In this document: positions 11,003 through 25,639 of the stretch, one piece after another
Numbering within the stretch: the stretch's first letter is position 1
Layout: each line of letters opens with the position of its first letter
NCBI GenBank assembly: GCA_951406725.2
Contig: OX597814.1
Span: forward strand, 39,370,001-39,434,000
Length of the DNA: 64,000 nt
Reading direction: 5' to 3'
Source of the DNA: Octopus vulgaris
Lineage: Eukaryota
The notes under the pieces: model-generated
The model's input: only the letters and a program-made list of their open reading frames with translations
Database searches by the model: none
Told to the model about the DNA's origin: nothing
Translations under genes and position numbers: made by a program

Positions 11003-11760
11003 CTGGGTATCGACATGAGTGATGATACCTCTTTCCAAGTGCACATTACCAGGATGGCGACAAAGTGCAGACGACTGGCTGGGTGGATCCTAACAACATT
11101 CAGAACCAGAGATAAGGAAACCATGATGGTCCTCTGGCGGACATTCTTCCCCAGCCGCCTGGATTACTGCTCACAGCTATGGTCACACACCGGTGTAGAA
11201 TTAACAGCGGACCTTGAAGTAATCCAGAGAAGATTCACAAAGAATATTGTCTCTTTGCAACAGCTCAGCTACTGGGAAAGGTTGAAACAGCTAAGACTCT
11301 ACTCCCTGGAGATAAGACGGGAGAGGTAAGCAGTAATATATGCCTGGAATATCCTGGAAGAAATTGTGACAAATTTTGGCATTGTAAGCTATACCAATAC
11401 TAGAACGGGACGACACTGCATAGTGCCAAAGATCCCAGCAAAGCCATCACGCTTCAGGTCCAGCTTCTGCAACAGCCTGGGTTTCAAGGGCCCACATCTT
11501 TTTAATATTCTCCCAAAGAGTCTGAGGAACTTGCACAAAGTAGATGTAGCGGTTTTTAAATCAAAGCTGGACATTTTCATGTCGAGAGTCCCAGATGAAC
11601 CTACCTCACGGCAAGAGGTGCAAATGAGAGTAGCTATATCAAATTCCATTCTTCACCAAGTGCCACATATTAGACGAGGTTCTTCGTAATAACAGTGTAG
11701 CACAAAACGGCGGTGCATCGGCATGGCTGCAACTCTCAGCTGAAACTAGAGAAAAAAAGA
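11000..11760 (+). mobile_element. CR1-type LINE 3' end (RT thumb/C-terminus + 3' UTR), 5'-truncated
   Basis: YLGIDMSDD...[10 protein letters not shown]...[10 protein letters not shown]...[21 protein letters not shown]...LFNILPKSLRN...FKSKLDIFMSRVPDEP. ORFs 10793..11329 and 11366..11689 are in the same frame, split by one TAA. Confidence 0.9.
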
Positions 11761-11819
11761 TATATATGTATATATATATATATGAGAATGTGTGTATATA
11801 TATATGAGAATGTATATTT

Positions 11820-12047
11820 ATGTTATAATCTTTTGTGCCCAATATTTTAAGGAACTTGTTAAACTTTTTATGTCCTTAACATCTTCTTGTTACCAAAGAT
11901 TGTATATATGTATTGTAGCATTTTGTAACAACCAATAATTAACACAACCAAACTTTTACATGTTACTTTTGACAATCTTTTTCCAAAGAGTGAAACTGGT
12001 AAAGTAAATAAACATATTTTAATATTGCATTTTCAAACCTTCTTTCG
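11820..12047 (+). mobile_element. (TA)n-flanked AT-rich element with decayed hammerhead motif
   Basis: TTACTT-TTGACAA-T-CTTTT-TCCA-AAGAG-T-GAAAC-TG-GTA-AAGTAA at 11963-12007. Confidence 0.5.
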
Positions 12048-12112
12048 TATATATATATATATATATGAATAAACATACATCTATATATACACACACATAG
12101 ACACACACACAG

Positions 12113-12196
<84 letters not shown>

Positions 12197-12468
12197 CATG
12201 GGTGCTTCCCCGCCTTCTCGAATAAGAAATTGTAATGGATATATATATGACTTCCTTTCGTATGATATTTTGTGGTTTAAAGAAAACCGGTAATTTTCAG
12301 ATATTTCTAGTTTAAAATTCTTTGTCTCATAACTTTGAGTTCTATTATACGTAACGTATGTACTGAAGCTGATATGAATGACTAAAGCCCTAGATTACAG
12401 CCCACAAGGAAGGATGCTGCACCTGTCATTGAAGCCATTAAAAGGGTGCATGTAGGTGTGTGAGTGTG

Positions 12469-12539
<71 letters not shown>

Positions 12540-12686
12540 ATATGAACATATATTTACAGACAGTGAGAGAGAGAAATAGTGAGAGGGAGAGAAATCATGG
12601 ACAGATAGAAAGAAACAAAAATATTCATATATACACAATATCATACGTGTGTACACACAGGCGCGCATGTGTATATATATATAATT

Positions 12687-12758
<72 letters not shown>

Positions 12759-13275
12759 TCCCTGCGCACTCAGCCACACATGCCTTTAAATGCATGCACA
12801 CATGTATGTGTATTCACATGTCTTAAACTCTGTGTAGTGACCTCCGGTAATCCAGCTACTTATAGGCCTGGTGTATTGACCAGTTCGGGAAATGGAGATG
12901 CTGGTGGAGGAACTTCTATGTCGATCGGTTGTCCACGCTCAGCTCGCTATTAAAACGGTGATGTTGAGAGAGCTCAGCAGCAACAGGTTGTCTAGGAAGG
13001 AACGATTCAGCCCAGGGCGCGAATGCAGCAGGCAAAAGATTTGTGTCCAGCAGCAGTGGGGTCGCGCCTGTGAGAAAACTTATCAGCTGCCAATATGCAC
13101 AGACATACACTGTTGATATACATGTATGTTTACATACAAACATGTATAGACTGATATATACGTGCATGTATTTGCGTGTGTTTGTGTATATGTGTGGGCG
13201 CGCGCGCGTCTATGCGGGGGTATGAGTATGAATCTGCTTGGAAAGATGAAAAATATATACGTATACATGTAAATT

Positions 13276-13277
<2 letters not shown>

Positions 13278-13357
<80 letters not shown>

Positions 13358-13455
13358 TATGTATATGTATATGTGTGTATATATATAATCATAAATATAT
13401 ACCTATATATACGTATATATATACATACATATATGTATACATATGTATATATACA

Positions 13456-13501
<46 letters not shown>

Positions 13502-13513
13502 TGTACATATATG

Positions 13514-13548
<35 letters not shown>

Positions 13549-13565
13549 GTATATATATATGTATG

Positions 13566-13658
<93 letters not shown>

Positions 13659-13668
13659 TTATATATAC
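13278..13668. repeat. Compound (TC)n/(TA)n/(TATG)n microsatellite
   Basis: Direct repeats. Confidence 0.9.
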
Positions 13669-14060
13669 TTGAATAGGCGCAGTAGAGAGCGTCTGGATAT
13701 TACGTCAACAAAGAATCAAACTGCCACACAATTCTTTCTGTCTCACATTCTCTCACTCACCGGTCTATTTATCTGTATCTCGGTCCCATCTCCGATGTTA
13801 TTCTGCGCACTGAGAAACTTGCAGTCAGCCAATCAATAAAACGTTATTCCCAAGTTGAAGATATATACGTTTATGAGTGTGTACCTGTGTTTATGCGTGC
13901 ACTTATGTATAACTATTCTTTTGTCTGTCTGCGTGTGTGTGTGTGTGTCTGTATGTGTGTGTGTGTTCGTGAGAGTTTGTTCATGCGTGTCTGTGCGCGC
14001 GTGTTTTAATATGTATGTGTTTGTGTCTTTACATATACTGGTGTTTATATCTATCTTCCA

Positions 14061-14101
<41 letters not shown>

Positions 14102-14304
14102 TTCATATACGAATAAATATGATAAGGATATATATATTTATATATACATGCATATGTGTATAGTTAAAAGTAAGTATATATATATATAATAAGTATGTAC
14201 ACACACACACACACACATATATATATGTATTTATACACCTATTTTCGTCCTTTGTTTTTCTATAAATTTCAACTATATATATATGTATGTGTGTGTATGT
14301 ATGT

Positions 14305-14376
<72 letters not shown>

Positions 14377-15178
14377 ATGTGTGTTTGTGTGTGTGTGTAC
14401 ATATATGTGTGCGTATCTATGTATGTGTATGCGTATTTGAGTTTATTAGGTTCTTCTAGGAATATAAGTATATATGTAATAGTTCGCGTGCGTGTGTACA
14501 CCCCCCCCCCCACTTATATGAACATACGAACATACACACACGAACACATTCACGCTTACACATACATACATACACACATACACATACTTACAGGAAAACG
14601 AACATCGATACGTGTATATGTATATTCCTTCAGTACGTTTTCATGTGAATATGAACCCTGTCGTGTCTCTGGAGGTATAGGTGTATACGTTCCTGTTTGT
14701 ATTTGTATGTGTTTGAGCGTATTTGTGTGTGTATATATGTGTGAGTGTGTGTATGCATATGCTTATGCGAGTGTGTATGTTTGTGTGATTATGAATCTAT
14801 ATATGTGTGAGCGCGGGTGTGTTTCGTAATCTGTTTCGGACATTTATTTTATTTGTTTCTCTCTCATCGTATGTGATACGCTTGTATGTATCTGTGTGTT
14901 TGTGTAGTGGAGACTATGTGTATATACTTCTATATATATATGTATGGTACTATACAGTAATGAGTAGTTGCTGTGGAACATTCGTACGTATGTGTGCATA
15001 TGTGTGTTCTTGAGCAAATGTTGGTTTGAGCGTGAACTGTGGTTGAAATGCCTAGCAGACCTGTAAACGGTACTGCGATAACTACACAGACTAAAACCTC
15101 CGAACACTGACAGAACAGAAGAAAGAAGTGTAGTAAGACAATACTATTTAGGTTGGTATTGCTTTAAACATGTATGTA

Positions 15179-15232
<54 letters not shown>

Positions 15233-15302
15233 TATATATACATAAATACATACGTATATATACATATATACATATATATATATGTATGTATATGTATATA
15301 CC

Positions 15303-15343
<41 letters not shown>

Positions 15344-15479
15344 GTACATGTATGTATATTTCTATGTATATTTATGTCTTTATATATTTATTTATATATG
15401 TGTGTCTTTTGTATAGATATGTTGGTAGATGGTAGATATATAGTTAGAGAGATATATGCATATATATGTATATCTATAC

Positions 15480-15562
<83 letters not shown>

Positions 15563-16894
15563 TACATATATATATATATATAAAGAGAGTGAGAGAGTGA
15601 CTCTTTTTATATTCTTATAAGTTTTGTTTTGGTGTCTTTGCTCATAGCTTCGGCTTCAATGATATTAATTAATGAAACGTATTGACCCTTGAATGTGTAT
15701 ATATTTTTTTATTGATTCGGGAATTAAAAAGAAAAGAAAGGGATGTTCGGCCTGGGCGGGCCTGACAAGTCACACTGGGAAGGGACGTAAGTATATACGA
15801 CAAGTTATTTTGTCCGGCTCTTAACCGATTCTCTTTTAAACCACACACACATACACACACACACACACACAAATATATATACATGGACACAGAGGCACAC
15901 ATACGCACACACACATACATACGAACACAGATCTCGCGCGCACACACACACATACACAAAAGCACAAACAAGCCAACGCACTCACACATACACAAACACG
16001 CACACGCATACGCAACCACTCATACACACGCCTACACCCTTTTCACCGTCTCTTTTTGTTTCTCTAATATAACTATAGATTTTTATTTACATACTTACGT
16101 ATACACATATACACATACATATATACGTACATACATACATACATACATATATACGTACATACATACATATATACGTACATACATACATTCATACTTATAA
16201 TGCTTGAACGTGAGTATACGTTATGTTTATGTGTATGTAAGTGTAGGTGGGTGTATGTATGCATATTTGTGTGTAAATCTCTGTTGCATGTGTAATTATG
16301 AGCTTGCTAAACACTGCATATATCAATAGGAGGCAATTTTCCTTTTTATATTTTATTCCTACACAGTTCGCTCTGTAAAAGACTTGTGTTTTTCTTCGAA
16401 GCGACAGGCTGTGGCGCACACACAGACACATAGTCTCGTTGCAGTCTAGTCATTGGATGTTTAACGCCAAAGAGGATATATAGTGAAGACACTTCCGGAT
16501 TCGTAACTCTATTAAGAGAGCTATTGTGCCTAACGTGGGAGATACAAGAGATCACAACGAAGAAAAGAAAAAAGAACACAAAAAGAAAAAAAAAGTAAAA
16601 GAAAAAAACAAAGTCACCTCCGATGCAAGACAAACAAGCAAACAATTAAAATAGTAACCGTAACAAAAGTACCACACTGTACATACATACATACATATAC
16701 ACACACATATATATATACATGCATACATACATATATATGTAAGTATGTATGTATATATAAATATATATATGTGTATATGAGGCAATGCATAAGCAAAACT
16801 GAAAGTAGACGAAGAATCAAAACAGCGCGATAAATTAATATGAACACTTACGGGAGGATAAAAGCCAGCGTCTGAGACAATGCTATAGGAAGTT

Positions 16895-16896
<2 letters not shown>

Positions 16897-16926
<30 letters not shown>

Positions 16927-17002
16927 TGTAATAATAATAATAATAATAATAATAATGATTTCTTCATTGCAGAAACACTGAAAAAAGTATTCATAAAACC
17001 GA

Positions 17003-17091
<89 letters not shown>

Positions 17092-17116
17092 GTATAATAA
17101 TAATGATATCAATAAT
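16897..17116. repeat. (AAT)n tracts
   Basis: Two direct-repeat blocks. Confidence 0.9.
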
Positions 17117-17706
17117 AACGATTTAAATAATATATCCCTCCTACTACAACTAATATTGCTACTACAAGAACAGTAGTAATAATAAATTCAATATGAACAA
17201 ATACAAGGATAAACACAAAAATGAAAGCGACAATAAAAAGAACAGTTATATATGACAATACCGTTAAGAGAGCGAGAATATAGGAAATATGCATAAAACA
17301 AGTGAATTGAAAAAAAAAATGAAAAAAATAAATTAGAACTCGAAGGAATTACGCGAAAAAGGTAAGGTTCAACGTTGATGATAATTAACCTTTCTCTTCG
17401 AATGTATTGTAAAAGACATGAAGAATTTGTTTCTTTTCAGTGATTCGCTTCTACCTTGTCTGTCTCTCTCTTTCTCTCATTCCTGCTGTTTTAATCGTGC
17501 TACCACTTTCTGTCTTTCTTCTTCACAGCGGTTTTGCTTTTCTCCAGTTTCTTAGTTTGTGTTATTTCGTTTTACTGACAGTCGCTCTCGCAATGTGTAC
17601 ACAAACACACACAAAACACGCGCGTGAGCGCGCACACACGCATGCATGTACAGGCAAATATTTGCACATATATATAAATAGGTATATCTGTCTGTCTGTG
17701 AATTTG

Positions 17707-17778
<72 letters not shown>

Positions 17779-17819
17779 AGTCTCTCTGTCTATCTATCTC
17801 CATTTATACATCTATCCAT

Positions 17820-17885
<66 letters not shown>

Positions 17886-17892
17886 GTGTGTA

Positions 17893-17935
<43 letters not shown>

Positions 17936-18005
17936 CAATTAAGAATTAAATCTACTATTATATATATATATATATATATTTGCACACGCACACATACATG
18001 TATGT

Positions 18006-18142
<137 letters not shown>

Positions 18143-18423
18143 CGAGTATTCTGCACCTGTGATGTTACATTTTCTCTACTTAGAAGAATTACGATTGTTG
18201 TTTAACAGGTCCCATACACATAGCAGTAGTTCGACAAATAGCAAAAGAAGAGCAGAGTGAATAAGTTGTCATGAACGACTAAACACACTCAAAGTTGCAT
18301 TTTGGGCACCGGAAGAGTAGCCTATCCGAAACAATTGAGAGTTTACCTGGAATATACCTGTGTGGTTGAATGTATGCATGTACATATGTATGTACGGGCG
18401 TAGGTGTACATAAGTGCATATTA

Positions 18424-18608
<185 letters not shown>

Positions 18609-18716
18609 GATAGATAAATAGATAGATGGATACGTAAATAAATAGAAATAGGTAAATAGATGCCTATGTACATACATATTCAATTACAAGCGCATCTATC
18701 CATCTCTCTTTCTATA

Positions 18717-18750
<34 letters not shown>

Positions 18751-18832
18751 CCTACCTACCTACATACCTATCTATCTATCTATCCATCCATCTATCTATC
18801 TATATATCTATCTACCTACCTACGTACTTAAC

Positions 18833-18863
<31 letters not shown>

Positions 18864-19173
18864 TTATCTGGCTTTTCACCTATCATGCACACATCTACGA
18901 TATTTTAATATATATATTATAACAAATATATTATTTACGTAGCGTACTGCTTCTTTGTATTCCATTATTCGCGTAAAGTTTTCCACTATCTTAACAATGC
19001 TATCGTTCATGGGGCAAAACTGGTTGGGAGTTAGATAGCGTGAAAGAAGTATATATGTCTAACTATACGTACATATATACATACATGCACACACACGCAC
19101 ACACATGCAGACACACACTCATGCACAGATGAACATATAACTATATATGTAGGCGTGGATGTGCGTGTTGATA

Positions 19174-19174
<1 letters not shown>

Positions 19175-19237
<63 letters not shown>

Positions 19238-19277
19238 CATGTATATATATATATACATGTATATATATATATACATG

Positions 19278-19309
<32 letters not shown>

Positions 19310-19717
19310 TATATGTATATATATGTATGTATATATGTATGTATATATATATATATATATGTATGTATATATATATATACGTGTATATATGTATGTATAT
19401 ATATATATGTATATATATATATATACGTATATATATGTATGTATATATATATATGTATATATATGCATGTATATATATATATGTATATATATGCATGTAT
19501 ATATATATATATATGTATATATATGCATGTATATATGTATATATATGTGTATATATATGTATATATATATATATGTATTTATATGTATATATATATATAT
19601 GTATGTATATATAGAATTATATATATATATATATATTTATATATATGTATATATATATATATAATTATATATATTTATATATGTATATATACATATATGT
19701 ATATATATATATATATA

Positions 19718-19772
<55 letters not shown>

Positions 19773-19786
19773 TATATATATGTATG

Positions 19787-19818
<32 letters not shown>

Positions 19819-19920
19819 TACACATATACATATATATATATATATATATACTTAACTATCTCTTTGTATATATATGTATATATGTATGTATGTATGTACA
19901 TATATGTATATATGTATACG
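19175..19920. repeat. ~750-bp interrupted (TA)n/(TATG)n satellite
   Basis: Direct repeats; source of several spurious long ORFs. Confidence 0.95.
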
Positions 19921-20626
19921 TGTTTAGTTACGTATGAATGCACGGAAGATCAAAGGTAGTCTCATGCTTTTCCTCAACTCCCAGACGCGGGACAGATATT
20001 CAGCGGCTAAACGGCTGAACTACCCTTTTTAATTGGCCTACCATTTAATTTTACATTGTGCTCATTCCTCTTCAGTTCGTATTCGAAATCTCGCTGTGAA
20101 CAATTTTGCCTGTTGTTCTACAAGTGTTTAGAAATACGTACCAGTAACGAAGTAATGTAGTATTTGAAACCAACTATACACCTCCGCAGAAGATATACCG
20201 TCGTTAACTCTCAAATTTATCATCCATATATGGTGTGTTCTAACCCAAATGGTTTCGACTTTGCATTTCATCAAATAAGACTTCAGATGTTAAAGTCTAG
20301 AAGTAGCGGGGGTGGGGTGGAAAAAGGATGCCGAAAAGTACCCTATCAAACATGGACATCTACAGGTGCAACAACAGCATCAGCATAAACGACATCAACA
20401 TCTCATTATCATTCTCATGTCACCGTCTTTTCCCGTCTTTTCCTCTCAGTTATAAAACCCCTCCGTACACATTGCAGGCTCTCATTATGATCCTTCCTCT
20501 CTTCATCAATGCCCCAGTGGCAAATAAATGAAATAATCATTATCATCGTCATCACCATCATCATACGAAAAATAATAATCATTAATATTGTTGTACTTGT
20601 TGTTGGGGTGGGGAAGGGGTACATGG

Positions 20627-20970
20627 GTGAATTGCCGAGGTCGACTTTGCCTTTCGTCATTTCGTAATCGATGCAATAATTATTAGTCAATCACTGGCGT
20701 CGATGTAATCGACTGGCCCGTACCCCAGCAATACCCAGCCATCACAAGAAATTCAGGCCTTGTGTTCTTAGGAGAAAGGATTATGATAGTTGCTATTGTT
20801 AATGAACTGGATTGGCCGAATCGTATGAGTTTCAGGCAAAATAAATTTATGGTGTGCTTTCTAACTCACTGAAGTTCGAGTTCAAATTCCGCCGGGGTCA
20901 ACTTTGCTTTTTTTCCCTTCTGAGTCGATACACAGAATGTACTAGGTGCCGATGGCATCAAATAACCTAT
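20627..20970 (+). mobile_element. Two tandem SINE family B copies
   Basis: GAGGTCGACTTTGCCTTTC at ~20637; GAGTTCAAATTCCGCCGGGGTCAACTTTGC at ~20878. Confidence 0.75.
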
Positions 20971-21532
20971 CCTCAAAGCTATTTCTTTATGACTAATTAA
21001 GCATCATTTGTCTTGAATTATTCTTGCTGATATTTCGTTGTTACTGTTGAAGATGATGATGATGCTGTCGTTGTAGATAACAAAATCCATAGAAAGCCGG
21101 TTAACATTTCACGTGGCATTTAGTTCCACTCGTTCACGATTCAAACCAAATTTCTATCGAGTCGGCTATTTATTGAAGTAAACAGCCAATGCATGTAGGT
21201 GGCGCCCGGATTAAAGAAGATTGTAGGTGATACAGCGTGATTGTTTTTTCAAGTATTATTAGTGAATGAAGTAGGTGAATAATGTCAGAGATGTGATTAC
21301 AATATACACAGCGAGATGTCAAGGTTCGATATACATGTGGAAACCAGCTCGACCATAAGATGAACATAATGACAACGTCAACGATCTGTAAACTAATTCT
21401 TCGAAAGGTACAAGTGTTATGCTTAAGCATAAACAAAACAGCAAACACAGACACACAAAACACTGAGGCACAATATATATGTATATATATGTGTATGTGT
21501 GAGTGTGTACGTCTGTGTATACATACATACAT

Positions 21533-21594
<62 letters not shown>

Positions 21595-21832
21595 TTTTTT
21601 ATAAATGTATGTCTGTTTTTATATTTATACATATGTAAACCTATGTGTATAATATTGTTACAGAAATGGGAATGTATATATATGGTTGTATGTGTGTATC
21701 TGTGTGTGTGTGTACATATATATATATATATATATAGGTTCAAACACATATACAGACGCAAACTGATATATATATATATATGCATGTATATATAGATATA
21801 TACATATATACATACATAGATACATAGATACA

Positions 21833-21937
<105 letters not shown>

Positions 21938-21989
21938 CACATACACAAACACATGTATACATGTGTTATGCGTATCTGTAACGTGTTTG

Positions 21990-22170
21990 TGTTTAACCAC
22001 AGGTATCGGTGCATTTACGACTCCTTAAGTTAGTGGTTCAGCATTAAAAATTAAGTACCAGACTTTAAAAAGATAAAAAAAAAACTGAGTTCAATTAAGT
22101 CTACTTAAAATAATGTTCAGGACGGTGTCCCAGCAACAACAACATAGTGCACATCGTAAAATTATAAACA
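21990..22170 (+). mobile_element. Diverged SINE family C 3' half
   Basis: TTAGTGGTTCAGC...TAAGTACCAGAC...GACGGTGTCCCAGCA resembles the family C tail. Confidence 0.55.
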
Positions 22171-22477
22171 TTGGTACGTGTTTGCTGTACATTATGCATA
22201 GGCGTGTGTGGCATAATCGCAACACAACAACCGCGAAATATTTTTAAATGAATATATGGAATGTTTTTATGTAATATTCTTAAAGACTTCTGCATAATTC
22301 ATTCCCTCATATATTCTCTTTCAAATTATGTTTGATTGGATATATATTTAGGTATATTTATATATTTTTAACTAAACGATGCATATATACATTTATATAT
22401 GCGTGCGTGTGTGTCCCCCTATCTTTCCACCTGTCTGTCTATTTATCCGTCTCTCTATCCATTTATCTACCTGCCTG

Positions 22478-22526
<49 letters not shown>

Positions 22527-24064
22527 TTATTTATCTATCCATCTATCTATCTATCTATATATTTATACATTAACAATTACCTACTTTTTTTTCAAACTAA
22601 TCAAATAAGTTGGACGAGGATAACAGACACAAAACTCACTGTCTGGGATTCCTGATTATCTCCAAGGTGTATCTTAGAACTATATATACTGTATGTGCCT
22701 ATGTGTGAATATATGTATGTATGTGTGTATGAGAAGATACACTACTGTTCATTAATGCTTTGATTCTTATGCAAAAGCACTCAAGCTCTTTGGCTTGTGT
22801 ATGTATGTGTGTGTGGTAGTGTGTGAAAGTATGTATGTTTGGGCAGATGGATGGACGGATGGATGGATATGGGGAACACATACACTCAGACACGCACATG
22901 CATATACATGCATGAGTGTCCGTGTCTATACAAACGTATTGTTGTGCTTATGTTTTTGCCATTGCGTAAGCATGATAACAAACTGTATGTTAGCAGATCC
23001 AATGAAATGCAATGTATCTAGAAATTCCTGAGGAATTGAACTTATGTTTGCAGTTAAACCTAAAACTCGATACCGGTGCATTACAACTTATATTTTGCAA
23101 TGATGTATAACTTTTTTTTTTCTTTTTTAAACGTTGTACAGGAACATTCTATGCTTATAGATATTAGAAAACCGCGTCAAACTTAGTACTGACTGATCGT
23201 ATTGTCATGTATGTTGTTGCTATTATTAAAGCTGCTTAGGTCCACATCAGCATTAATCGAACGTATTATCAAAGGCATTCCAACCGTAAACAATCCCATC
23301 TTTTCTTTGGATATTTTATTTCATATCATTGCCTAATTTGGAGATTAGTGTATGATTTGAGTGAAATTGGGATGACTTATCTACATGTCAGATCAACGAA
23401 GTAGAGGCTTCGGGGGGTGGGGCTCCTGCGATTGCTCCATCAATGGACTTCTCGAATATTTATGTTGTATCAATGCGGGCAGGATATCTTCGAGTCTAAC
23501 GAGTATCAGTCAGTATGAATACCTGTTTGGCATATATACACGATATTTAGCTTGCTTTCAAGGAATATCTCTTAAAACCACGCTAAATCTCATTCGGCGT
23601 TAGCTGGTATTCTTTTTTTTTCTTGTTATTGTTACTCATGCCTTCCCCGTCGCAGTTTTGTTGTTGATGATGTTGTTGCTGTTGTTGTCGTTTTCTTTAT
23701 TGTTTAGGTAACAGCTCAATTCTAATAGAACAGTCATGTGATCAAAGAAGTCCAAGCCGAGACCAATCCATATATTGTACTATAAAACCGATCTACAAAT
23801 AGCGTACTGGATATTCTGACAATATCTGCGACAAATTGGTGCCCATTACAAATATAATGGGACACGGAACCACTTTCTTAAGCGTCTAAAAGAGTCCTTC
23901 AAAATATTAACCTTTTCTTTATGGATAGTTTATCCTAGACAAAGAAAATGAATATTTTGTTTCGTGAAAGAAAGTGGCTATAGTGGTGGCGGTGTGTGTG
24001 ATGTCGACGGCGTCGGGTAAAATGGCGATGATGAGGACGATTATGACGACGACAACAATGATAA

Positions 24065-24067
<3 letters not shown>

Positions 24068-24147
<80 letters not shown>

Positions 24148-24165
24148 TTAATAATAATAATAGTA

Positions 24166-24226
<61 letters not shown>

Positions 24227-24235
24227 CAACAACAC
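24068..24235. repeat. (AAT)n microsatellite
   Basis: Direct repeat. Confidence 0.95.
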
Positions 24236-24463
24236 GCTAATGTATTTATCAGTCCCAAGAGATAATAATGCATTCGAATCAACAGACGGTAATATATCTG
24301 TAAAAAGAAATGGAGAGATTATCGAAAAAAAATAATAAAGAAAAAAAAATAACGATCTGGAATTAAAGATAACCAGAATGTGGGAAATGAAAACAAACAA
24401 TCCCTATAATAATGCTTTAGGCGAATAAAGAAAATCATTATGTCTTGTGACTAAGTAAGAAAT

Positions 24464-24510
24464 TATCATCATCATCCATCATCATCATCATCATAATCAT
24501 CATCATCATC

Positions 24511-24541
<31 letters not shown>

Positions 24542-24551
24542 ACATCACCGC

Positions 24552-24611
<60 letters not shown>

Positions 24612-24619
24612 TATCATCA
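24464..24619. repeat. (ATC)n microsatellite
   Basis: Direct repeat. Confidence 0.95.
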
Positions 24620-24829
24620 CAATTACTACTATAATTTTTCTTTAAAATGGCTGCGTGAAACATAAGTATACATGGAATATAAAAGTTGTATAATAATAAT
24701 ATTATAATAAGTCAGTGCCCGTGATACAGGGCAACATCCTTCTAGGTCATGGAAACTTAGCGATCCAAAATTACCCGGAATACCAAGAACAAGTATCCTC
24801 TCAAATTGTCGTTTTCCAAACTATAATCG

Positions 24830-25430
24830 TATACTTAGAGTGGTTCCATCGACTCTTTCCATTTTCATGACTCTCGCCCACACTTCAATAAATTCAATAC
24901 TCTACCTTCTCCACCAGCACCTTCTTTTTCATATGAAGCATGAAAAAAATCTATGAGCTCTAGAGTAAAAGCCAAATTTCTCTCCTGAGACTATACACAT
25001 AAATCCTATAGCTAAAGTCACCAGACAGAAGGAAACTTCTACTGCTTTCTTTGTCCGTTTAAATAAGGTCGACGAGGCACTTAATCATGACGATGGATTC
25101 GGCTAATAACCAGATCCTATTTATACGTGACAGCAGTTGTTAGACATATCTCCATATTTCAACAATACTCGGTCACCGAACAGGTGCATAGAGAAGGATT
25201 TTCACCTCGGAAAGATTATTCTGGCGATACATCGGTACCTATAAAATGTTGATTGAAGCGGTTGGACTCCTCCATAGTATGACCAGACCAAGGCTTTCAT
25301 GAAATTAATCATATTAATCACCGACCACATTAACCAGTTTGTTCTAGTCGAAGCCCATAATTTTTCCAGGAACGTCATTGCGCTTTCCCGCCGCTAAATC
25401 TCTACAGCTTGCTAAAGTAGATCTTCCAAA
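24830..25430 (-). mobile_element. Degraded L1/Tx1-type LINE 3' coding end (copy 1)
   Basis: Minus strand fragments NFMKALVWSYYGGVQP..FYRY and ILLYAPVR*PSIVEIWRYV*QLLSRINRIWLLAESIVMI resemble the Tx1 C-terminal zinc-finger region. Recognised from memory of the family pattern. Confidence 0.55.
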
Positions 25431-25639
25431 TAATAAGACTAGTTTCTATGACCCAAAACAGCGATACCATATGTAAAATGTTACAAAACAAGTACAAAAA
25501 TAAAATAATGATGTGTGATTATATATACCTTTATACAGGAAAGAATTTATGGAAACAATAATATAAAAGAAAAAATTCTATGGAGACAGCACTATTGAGC
25601 CACTCATTGACATCTGCAAACTTCCGGTTTGTAACAACT

